A stretch of DNA of 64,000 nt from the human T2T-CHM13v2.0 reference genome, Homo sapiens. Location: the NCBI RefSeq assembly GCF_009914755.1, contig NC_060927.1, one strand, 5' to 3'. A program made the translations under genes and the position numbers. Of this stretch, positions 1-12,900 are shown in pieces (the first letter of the stretch is position 1; every line of letters starts with the position of its first letter). Under the pieces are notes generated by a model, which was given only the letters and a program-made list of their open reading frames with translations, did not search any database and was not told the origin of the DNA.

Positions 1-1322
1 ACCAGATATATATTCTATAGTGTACATAAAATATCAAAGTACCCAAACTATACATTATATACTGTACATAAAATATGAAATTACATCAAATATATATTAT
101 ATTTGGTACATGAAATATGAAAGTACATCAAATATAGATTATATACTGTACATAAAATATGAAAGTACCCCAAATATATATTATATACTCTACATGAAAT
201 ATCAAAGTTCACAAACTATATATTATATACTGTACATAAAATATCAAAGTACCCAAGGTATATATTCTATACTGTACAAAAAATATCAAAGTATCCAAAG
301 CATGTATTATATACTGTATATAAAATATGAAAGTACATGAAATATATATTTTATTCTGTACATAAAATATCAAAGTACACCAGATATATATTCTATAGTG
401 TACATAAAATATCAAAGTACCCAAACTATACATTATATACTGTACATAAAATATGAAATTACAGCAAATATATATTATATTAGGTACATAAAATATGAAA
501 GTACATCAAATATAGATTATATACTGTACATTAAATACCAAAGTACCCCAAATATATATTTTATACTGTACATGAAATATCAAAGTTCACAAACTATATA
601 TTATATACTGTACATAAAATATCAATGTACCCAAGGTATATATTCTATACTGCACAAAAAATATCAAAGTACCCAAAGCATGTATTATATACTGTATATA
701 AAATATGAAAGTACATCAAATATATATTTTATTCTGTACATAAAATATCAAAGTACACCAGATATATATTCTATAGTGTACATAAAATAACAAAGTACAC
801 AAACTATAAATTATATCCTGTACATAAAATATGAAATTATATCAAATATATATTAGGTACATAAAATATGAAAGTACATCAAATATAGATTATATACTGT
901 ACATTAAGTACCAAAGTACACCAAATATATATTTTATACTCTACATGAAATATCAAAGTTCACAAACCATATATTATATACTGTGCATAAAATATCAAAG
1001 TACCCAAGGTATATATTCTATACTGTACAAAAAATATCAAAGTACCCAAAGCATGTATTATATACTATACATAAAATATGAAATTACATCAAATATATAT
1101 TTTATTCTGTACATAAAATATCAAAGTACACCAGATATATATTCTATAGTGTACATAAAATATCAAAGTACCCAAACTATACATTATATACTGTACATAA
1201 AATGTGAAATTACATAAAATATATATTATATTAGGTACATAAAATATGAAAGTACATCAAATATAGATTATATACTGTACATTAAATACCAATATACCCC
1301 AAATATATATTTTATACTGTAC

Positions 1323-1700
1323 ATGAAATATCAAAGTTCACACACTATATATTATATACTGTACATAAAATATCAAAGTACCCAAGGTATATATTCTATA
1401 CTGTACAAAAAACATCAAAGTACCCAAAGCATGTATTATATACTGTACATAAAATATGAAAGTACATCAAATATATATTTTATTCTGTACATAAAATATC
1501 AAAGTACACCAGATATATATTCTATAGTGTACATAAAATAACAAAGTACCCAAACTATACATTATATACTGTACATAAAATATGAAATTACATCAAATAT
1601 ATATTATATTAGGTACATAAAATAAGAAAGTACATCAAATATAGATTATATACTGTACATAAAATATCAAAGTACCCCAAATATATATTATATACTCTAC
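1323..1700 (+). repeat. Representative full-length 378-bp HOR unit (9 x 42 bp)
   Basis: Nine distinguishable monomers in fixed order, tagged by m1 AGTTCACA, m2 ACCCAAGGT, m3 AAAAAA..CCAAAGCATG, m4 ACATCAAATATATATTTTATTCTG, m5 ACACCAGAT..TATAGTG, m6 CCCAAACTATACAT, m7 GAAATTACATC..TTAGG, m8 ACATCAAATATAGAT, m9 ACCCCAAAT. The next unit starts at 1701. Confidence 0.93.
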
Positions 1701-4700
1701 ATGAAATATCAAAGTTCACAAACTATATATTATATACTGTACATAAAATATCAAAGTACCCAAGGTATATATTCTATACTGTACAAAAAATATGAAAGTA
1801 TCCAAAGCATGATTTATATACTGTATATAAAATATGAAAGTACATTAAAGATATATTTTATTCTGTACATAAAATATCAAAATACACCAGATATATATTC
1901 TATAGTGTACATAAAATAACAAAGTACACAAACTATAAATTATATACTGTACATAAAATATGAAATTACATCAAATATATATTAGGTACATAAAATATGA
2001 AAGTACATCAAATATAGATTATATACTGTACATATAATATCAATGTACCCCAAATATATATTTTATACTCTACATGAAATATCAAAGTTCACAAACCATA
2101 CATTATATACTGTACATAAAATATCAAAGTACCCAAGTTATATATTCTATACTGTACAAAAGATATCAAAGTACCCAAAGCATGTATTATATACTGTATA
2201 TAAAATATGAAAGTACATCAAATATATATTATATACTGTACATAAAATATCAAAGTACACCAGATATATATTTTATAGTGTTCATAAAATATCAAAGTAC
2301 CCAAACTATACATTATATACTGAACATAAAATATGAGATTACATCAAATATATATTATATTAGGTACATAAAATATGAAAGTACATCAGATATAGATTAT
2401 ATACTGTACATACAATATCAAAGTACCCCAAATATATATTATATACTCTACATGAAATATCAAAGTTCACAAACTATATATTATATACTGTACATAAAAT
2501 ATCAAAGTACCCAAGGTATATATTCTATACTGTACAAAAAATATCAAAATACCCAAAGCATGTATTATATACTGTATATAAAATATGAAAATACATTAAA
2601 TATATATTTTTTCTGTACATAAAATATCAAAGTACACCAGATATATATTCTATAGTGTACATAAAATAACAAAGTACACAAACTATAAATTATATACTGT
2701 ACGTAAAATATGAAATTACATCAAATATATATTAGGTACATAAAATATGAAAGTACATCAAATATAGATTATATACTGTACATATAATATCAGTGTACCC
2801 CAAATATATATTTTATACTCTACCTGAAATATCAAAGTTCACAAACCATACATTATATACTTTCCATAAAATATCAAAGTACCCATGGCATATATTCTAT
2901 ACTGTACAAAAGATATCAAAGTACCCAAAGCATGTATTATATACTGTACATAAAATATGAAAGTACATCAAATATATATTTTATTCTGTACATAAAATAT
3001 CAAAGTACACCAGATATATATTCTATAGTGTACATAAAATATCAAAGTACCCAAACTATATATTATATACTGTACATAAAATATGAAATTACATCAAATA
3101 TGTATTATATTAGGTACATAAAATATGAAAGTACATCAAATATAGATTATATACCGTACATAAAATATCAAAGTACCCCAAATATATATTATATACTATA
3201 CATGAAATATCAAATATCACAAACTATATATTATATACTGTACATAAAATATCAAAGTACCCAATGTATATATTCTATAGTGTACAAAAAATATCAAAGT
3301 ACCCAAAGCATGTATTATATACTGTACATAAAATATAAAAGTACATCAAATATATATTTTATTCTGTACATAAAATATGAAAGTACACCAGATATATATT
3401 CTATAGTGTACATAAAATATCAAAGTACCCAAACTATACATTATATACGGTACATAAAATATGAAATTACATCAAATATATATTATATTAGGTACTTAAA
3501 ATATGAAAGTACATCAAATATAGATTATATACTGTACATAAAATATCAAAGTACCCCAAATATATATTATATACTGTACATGAAATATCAAAGTTCACAA
3601 CTATATATTATATACTGTAGATAAAATATCAAAGTCCCCAAGGTATATATTCTATACTGTACAAAAAATATCAAAGTACACAAAGCATGTATTATATACT
3701 GTACATAAAATATGAAATTACATCAAATATATATTATATTAGGTACATAAAATATGAAAGTACATCAAATATAGATTATATACTGTACATAAAATATCAA
3801 AGTACCCCAAATATATATTATATACTGTAGATGTAATATCAAAGTTCACAACTATATATTACATACTGTACATAAAATATCAAAGTACCCAAGGTATATA
3901 TTCTATACTGTACAAAAAATATCAAAGTACCCAAAGCATGTATTATATACTGTACATAAAATATGAAAGTACATCAAATATATATTTTATTCTGTACATA
4001 AAATATCAAAGTACACCAGATATATATTCTATAGTGTATATAAAATATCAAAGTACCCAAACTATACATTATATACTGTACATAAAATATGAAATTACAT
4101 CAAATATATATTATATTGGGTACATAAAATATGAAAGTACATGAAGTATAGATTATATACTGTACATAAAATATCAAAGTACCCCAAATTTATATTATAT
4201 ACTATACATGAAATATCAAAGTTCACAAACTATATATTATATACTGTACATAAAATATCAAAGTACCCAAGGTATATATTCTATAGTGTACAAAAAATAT
4301 CAAAGTACCCAAAGCATGTATTATATACCGTACATAAAATATAAAATTACATCAAATATATATTTTATTCTGTACATAAAATATCAAAGTACACCAGATA
4401 TATATTCTATAGAGTACATAAAATATCAAAGTACCCAAACTATACATTACATACTGTACATAAAATATGAAATTACATCAAATATATATTATAATAGGTA
4501 CATAAAATATGAAAGTACATGAAATATAGATTATATACTGTACATTAAATACGAAAGTACCCCAAATATATATTTTGTACTGTACATGAAATATCAAAGT
4601 ACCCAAGGTATATATTCTATACTGTACAAAAAATATCAAAGTACCCAAAGCATGTATTACAAACTGTACATAAAATATGAAAGTCCATCAAATAAATATT

Positions 4701-5989
4701 TTATTCTGTACATAAAATATCAAAGTACACCAGATATATATTCTATAGTGTACATAAAATATCAAAGTACCCAAACTATACATTATATACTGTACATAAA
4801 ATATGAAATTACATCAAATATATATTATATTAGGTACATAAAATATGAAAGTACATCAAATATAGATTATATACTGTACATTAAGTACCAAAGTACCCCA
4901 AATATATATTTTATACTGTACATGAAATATCAAAGTTCACAAACTATATATTATATACTGTACATAAAATATCAAAGTACCCAAGGTATATATTCTATAC
5001 TGTACAAAAAATATCAAAGTATCCAAACCATGTATTATATACTGTATATAAAATATGAAAGTACATCAAATATATATTTTATTCTGTACATAAAATATCA
5101 AAGTACACCAGATATATATTCTATAGTGTACATAAAATATCAAAGTACCCAAACTATACATTATATACTGTACATAAAATATGAAATTACAGCAAATATA
5201 TATTATATTAGGTACATAAAATATGAAAGTACATCAAATATAGATTATATACTCTACATTAAATACCAAAGTACCCCAAATATATATTTTATACTGTACA
5301 TGAAATATCAAAGTTCACAAACTATATATTATATACTGTACATAAAATATCAATGTACACAAGGTATATATTCTATACTGCACAAAAAATATCAAAGTAC
5401 CCAAAGCATGTATTATATACTGTATATAAAATATGAAAGTACATCAAATATATATTTTATTCTGTACATAAAATATCAAAGTACACCAGATATATATTCT
5501 ATAGTGTACATAAAATATCAAAGTACCCAAACTATACATTATATACTGTACATAAAATATGAAATTACATCAAATATATATTATATTAGGAACATAAAAT
5601 ACGAAAGTACATCAAATATAGATTATATACTGTACATAAAATATGAAAGTACCCCAATATATATTATATACTCTACATGAAATATCAAAGTTCACAAACT
5701 ATATATTATGTACTGTACATAAAATATCAAAGTACCCAAGGTATATATTCTATACTGTACAAAAAATATCAAAGTACCCAAAGCATGTATTATATAATGT
5801 ACATAAAATATGAAAGTACATCAAATATATATTTTATTCTGTACATAAAATATCAAAGTACACCAGATATATATTCTATAGCGTACATAAAATATCAAAG
5901 TACACAAACTATACATTATATACTGTACATAAAATATGAAATTACATCAAATATATATTATATTAGGTAAATGAAATATGAAAGTACAT

Positions 5990-8900
5990 CAAATATAGAT
6001 TATATACTGTACATAAAATATGAAAGTTCCTCAAATATATATTATATACTCTACATGAAATATCAAAGTTCACAAACTATATATTATATACTGTACATAA
6101 AATATCAAAGTACCCAAGGAATATATTCTATACTGTACAAAAAATATCAAAGTATCCAAAGCATGTATTATATACTGTATATAAAATATGAAAGTACATC
6201 AAATATATATTTTATTCTGTACATAAAATATCAAAGTACACCAGATATATATTCTATAGTGTACATAAAATATCAAAGTCCCCAAACTATACATTATATA
6301 CTGTACATAAAATATGAAATTACAGCAAATATATATTATATTAGGTACATAAAATATGAAAGTACATCAAATATAGATTATATACTGTACATTAAATACC
6401 AAAGTACCCCAAATATATATTTTATACTATACATGAAATATCAAAGTTCACAAACTATATATTATATACTGTACATAAAATATCAATGTACCCAAGGTAT
6501 ATATTCTATACTGCACAAAAAATATCAAAGTACCCAAAGCATGTATTATATACTGTATATAAAATATGAAAGTACATCAAATATATATTTTATTCTGTAC
6601 ATAAAATATCAAAGTACACAAGATATATATTCTAATGTGTACATAAAATATCAAAGTACCCAAACTATACATTATATACTGTACATAAAATATGAAATTA
6701 CATCAAATATATATTATATTAGGTACATAAAATACGAAAGTACATCAAATATAGATTATATACTGTACATAAAATATCAAAGTACCCCAATATATATTAT
6801 ATACTGTACATGAAATATCAAAGTTCACAAACTATATATTATGTACTGTACATAAAATATCAAAGTACCCAAGGTATATATTCTATACTCTACAAAAAAT
6901 ATCAAAGTACCCAAAGCATGTATTATAAAATGTACATAAAATATGGAAGTACATCAAATATATATTTTATTCTGTACATAAAATATCAAAGAACACCAGA
7001 CATATATTCTATAGTGTACATAAAATATCAAAGTACCCAAACTATACATTATATACTGTACATAAAATATGAAATTACATCATATATATATTAGGAACAT
7101 AAAATATGAAAGTACATCAAATATATATTTTATTCTGTACATAAAATATCAAAGTACACCAGATATATATTCTATAGTGTACATAAAATAACAAAGTACA
7201 CAAACTATAAATTATATACTGTACATAAAATATGAAATTACATCAAATATATATTAGGTACATAAAATATGAAAGTACATCAAATATAGATTATATACTG
7301 TACATATAATATCAATGTACCCGAAATATATATTTTATACTCTACATGAAATATCAAAGTTCACAAACCATATATTGTATACTGCACATAAAATATCAAA
7401 ATACCCAATGTATATATTCTATACTGTACAAAAAATATCAAAGTACCCAAAGCAGGTATTATATACTGTACATAAAATATGAAAGTACATCAAATATATA
7501 TTTTATTCTGTACATAAAATATCAAAGTACACCAGATATATATTCTATAGTGTACATAAAATATCAAAGTACCCAAACTATACATTATATACTGTACATA
7601 AAATATGAAATTACATCAAATATATATTATATTAGGTACATAAAATACGAAAGTACATCAAATATAGATTATATACTGTACATAAAATATCAAAGTACCC
7701 CAATATATATTATATACTGTATATGAAATATCAAAGTTCACAAACTATATATTATATACTGTACATAAAATATCAAAGTACCCAAGGTATATATTCTATA
7801 GTGTACAAAAAATATCAAAGTACCCAAAGCATGTATTATATACCGTACATAAAATATAAAATTACATCAAATATATATTTTATTCTGTACATAAAATATC
7901 AAAGTACACCAGATATATATTCTATAGTGTACATAAAATATCAAAGTACCCAAACTATACATTATACACTGTACATAAAATATGAAATTACATCAAATAT
8001 ATATTCGGTACATAAAATATGAAAGTACATCAAATATAGATTATATACTGTAAATATAATATCAATGTACCCCAAATATATATTTTATACTCTACATGAA
8101 ATATCAAAGTTCACAAACCATATATTATATACTGTACATAAAATATCAAAGTACCCAAGGTATATATTCTATACTGTACAAAAAATATCAAAGTACCGAA
8201 AGCATGTATTATATACTGTACATAAAATATGAAAGTACATCAAATATATATTTTATTCTGTACATAAAATATCAAAGTACACCAGATTTATATTCTATAG
8301 TGTACATAAAATATCAAAGTACCCAAACTATACATTATATACTGTACATAAAATATGAAATTACATCAAATATATATTATATTAGGTACATGAAATAGGA
8401 AAGAACATCAAATATAGATTATATACTGTACATAAAATATGAAAGTACCCCAAATATATATTATATACTCTACATGAAATATCAAAGTTCACCAACTATA
8501 TATTATATACTGTACATAAAATATCAAAGTACCCAAGGTATATATTCTATACTGTACAAAAAATATCAAAGTATCCAAAGCATGTATTATATACTGTATA
8601 TAAAATATGAAAGTACATCAAATATATATTTTATTCTGTACATAAAATATCAAAGTACACCAGATATATATTCTATAGTGTACATAAAATATCAAAGTCC
8701 CCAAACTATACATTATATACTGTACATAAAATATGAAATTACAGCAAATATATATTATATTAGGTACATAAAATATGAAAGTACATCAAATATAGATTAT
8801 ATACTGTACATTAAATACCAAAGTACCCCAAATATATATTTTATACTGTACATGAAATATCAAAGTTCACAAACTATATATTATATACTGTACATAAAAT

Positions 8901-9960
8901 ATCAATGTACCCAAGGTATATATACTATACTGCACAAAAAATATCAAAGTACCCAAAGCATGTATTATATACTGTATATAAAATATGAAAGTACATCAAA
9001 TATATATTTTATTCTGTACATAAAATATAAAAGTACACCAGATATATATTCTATAGTGTACATAAAATATCAAAGTACCCAAACTATACATTATATACTG
9101 TACATAAAATATGAAATTACATCAAATATATATTATATTAGGTACATAAAATACGAAAGTACATCAAATATAGATTATATACTGTACATAAAATATCAAA
9201 GTACCCCAATATATATTATATACTGTACATGAAATATCAAAGTTCACAAACTATATATTATGTACTGTACATAAAATATCAAAGTACCCAAGGTATATAT
9301 TCTATATTGTACAAAAAATATCAAAGTACCCAAAGCATGTATTATATAATGTACATAAAATATGAAAGTACATCAAATATATATTTTATTCTGTACATAA
9401 AATATCAAAGAACACCAGATATATATTCTATAGTGTACATAAAATATCAAAGTACCCAAAGTATACATTATATACTGTACATAAAATATGAAATTACATC
9501 ATATATATATTAGGTACATAAAATATGAAAGTACATCAAATATATATTTTATTCTGTACATAAAATATCAAAGTACACCAGATATATATTCTATAGTGTA
9601 CATAAAATAACAAAGTACACAAACTATAAATTATATACTGTACATAAAATATGAAATTACATCAAATATATATTAGGTACATAAAATATGAAAGTACATC
9701 AAATATAGATTATATACTGTACATATAATATCAATGTACCCGAAATATATATTTTATACTCTACATGAAATATCAAAGTTCACAAACCATATATTGTATA
9801 CTGCACATAAAATATCAAAATACCCAAGGTATATATTCTATACTGTACAAAAAATATCAAAGTACCCAAAGCAGGTATTATATACTGTACATAAAATATG
9901 AAAGTACATCAAATATATATTTTATTCTGTACATAAAATATCAAAGTACACCAGATATAT
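5990..9960 (+). repeat. Local duplication at 2,419-bp offset (~5990-7540 vs ~8410-9960)
   Basis: ORFs 6810/9229 and 7346/9765 are 2,419 bp apart. The rare CAAAGTCCCCAAAC variant is shared at ~6275 and ~8694. Confidence 0.75.
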
Positions 9961-12900
9961 ATTCTATAGCGTACATAAAATATCAAAGTACACAAACTAT
10001 ACATTATATACTGTACATAAAATATGAAATTACATCAAATATATATTATATTAGGTACATAAAATATGAAAGTACATCAAATATAGATTATATACTGTAA
10101 ATATAATATCAATGTACCCCAAATATATATTTTATACTCTACATGAAATATCAAAGTTCACAAACCATATATTATATACTGTACATAAAATATCAAAGTA
10201 CCCAAGGTATATATTCTATACTGTACAAAAAATATCAAAGTACCCAAAGCATGTATTATATACTGTACATAAAATATGAAAGTACATCAAATATATATTT
10301 TATTCTGTACATAAAATATCAAAGTACACCAGATATATATTCTATAGTGTACATAAAATATCAAAGTACCCAAACTATACATTATATACTGTACATAAAA
10401 TATGAAATTACATCAAATATATATTATATTAGGTAAATGAAATATGAAAGTACATCAAATATAGATTATATACTGTACATAAAATATGAAAGTACCCCAA
10501 ATATATATTATATACTCTACATGAAATATCAAAGTTCACAAACTATATATTATATACTGTACATAAAATATCAAAGTACCCAAGGTATATATTCTATAGT
10601 GTACAAAAAATATCAAAGTATCCAAAGCATGTATTATATACTGTATATAAAATATGAAAGTACATCAAATATATATTTTATTCTGTACATAAAATATCAA
10701 AGTACACCAGATATATATACTATAGTGTACATAAAATATCAAAGTACCCAAACTATACATTATATACTGTACATAAAATATGAAATTACAGCAAATATAT
10801 ATTATATTAGGTACATAAAATATGAAAGTACATCAAATATAGATTATATACTCTACATTAAATACCAAAGTACCCCAAATATATATTTTATACTGTACAT
10901 GAAATATCAAAGTTCACAAACTATATATTATATACTGTACATAAAATATCAATGTACCCAAGGTATATATTCTATACTGCACAAAAAATATCAAAGTACC
11001 CAAAGCATGTATTATATACTGTATATAAAATATGAAAGTACATCAAATATATATTTTATTCTGTACATAAAATATCAAAGTACACCAGATATATATTCTA
11101 TAGTGTACATAAAATATCAAAGTACCCAAACTATACATTATATACTGTACATAAAATATGAAATTACATCAAATATATATTATATTAGGTACATAAAATA
11201 CGAAAGTACATCAAATATAGATTATATACTGTACAAAAAATATGAAAGTACCCCAATATATATTATATACTCTACATGAAATATCAAAGTTCACAAACTA
11301 TATATTATGTACTGTACATAAAATATCAAACTACCCAAGGTATATATTCTATACTGTACAAAAAATATCAAAGTACCCAAAGCATGTATTATATAATGTA
11401 CATAAAATATGAAAGTACATCAAATATATATTTTATTCTGTACATAAAATATCAAAGAACACCAGATATATATTCTATAGTGTACATAAAATATCAAAGT
11501 ACCCAAACTATACATTATATACTGTACATAAAATATGAAATTACATCAAATATATATTATATTAGGTAAATGAAATATGAAAGTACATCAAATATAGATT
11601 ATATACTGTACATAAAATATGAAAGTACCCCAAATATATATTATATACTCTACATGAAATATCAAAGTTCACAAACTATATATTATATACTGTCCATAAA
11701 ATATCAAAGTACCCAAGGTATATATTTTATACTGTACAAAAAATATCAAAGTACCCAAAGCATGTATTATATACTATACCTAAAATATGAAAGTACATCA
11801 AATATATATTTTATTCTGTACATAAAATATCAAAGTACACCAGATATATATTCTACAGTGTATATAAAATATCAAAGTACCCAAACTATACATTATATAC
11901 TGTACATAAAATATGAAATTACATCAAATATATATTATATTAGGTACATAAAATATGAAAGTACATGAAGTATAGATTATATACTGTACATAAAATATCA
12001 AAGTACCCCAAATTTATATTATATACTATACATGAAATATCAAAGTTCACAAACTATATATTATATACTGTACATAAAATATCAAAGTACCCAAGGTATA
12101 TATTCTATAGTGTACAAAAAATATCAAAGTACCCAAAGCATGTATTATATACCGTACGTAAAATATAAAATTACATCAAATATATATTTTATTCTGTACA
12201 TAAAATATCAAAGTACACCAGATATATATTCTATAGTGTACATAAAATATCAAAGTACCCAAACTATACATTATACACTGCACATAAAATATGAAATTAC
12301 ATCAAATATATATTAGGTACATAAAATATGAAAGTACATCAAATATAGATTATATACTGTAAATATAATATCAATGTACCCCAAATATATATTTTATACT
12401 CTACATGAAATATCAAAGTTCACAAACCATATATTATATACTGTACATAAAATATCAAAGTACCCAAGGTATATATTCTATACTGTACAAAAAATATCAA
12501 AGTACCCAAAGCATGTATTATATACTGTACATAAAATATGAAAGTACATCAAATATATATTTTATTCTGTACATAAAATATCAAAGTACACCAGATATAT
12601 ATTCTATAGTGTACATAAAATATCAAAGTACCCAAACTATACATTATATACTGTACATAAAATATGAAATTACATCAAATATATATTATATTAGGTACAT
12701 GAAATTTGAAAGTACATCAAATATAGATTATATACTGTACATAAAATATGAAAGTACCCCAAATATATATTATATACTCTACATGAAATATCAAAGTTCA
12801 CAAACTATATATTATATACTGTACATAAAATATCAAAGTACCCAAGGTATATATTCTATACTGTACAAAAAATATCAAAGTATCCAAAGCATGTATTATA

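Larger units (their letters stand above)
340..11212 (+). repeat. Macro-duplication copy 1 (portion that has a visible partner at +52,788 bp)
   Basis: Every ORF from 831 to 10143 has an identically translated partner at exactly +52,788 (831/53619, 2074/54862, 4586/57374, 7723/60511, 10143/62931). Rare variants are shared between the copies. Confidence 0.93.

Noticed and set aside
209-433. Single minus-strand ORF (74 aa)
   Set aside because: It is a chance antisense reading of the same repeat and does not indicate an inversion or a gene.
5990-9960. 2,419-bp period resembling the ~2.4-kb HSat1B/DYZ2 unit length
   Set aside because: Coincidental. The interval is made only of 42-bp HSat1A monomers, with no Alu-derived fragment or other HSat1B-type sequence.
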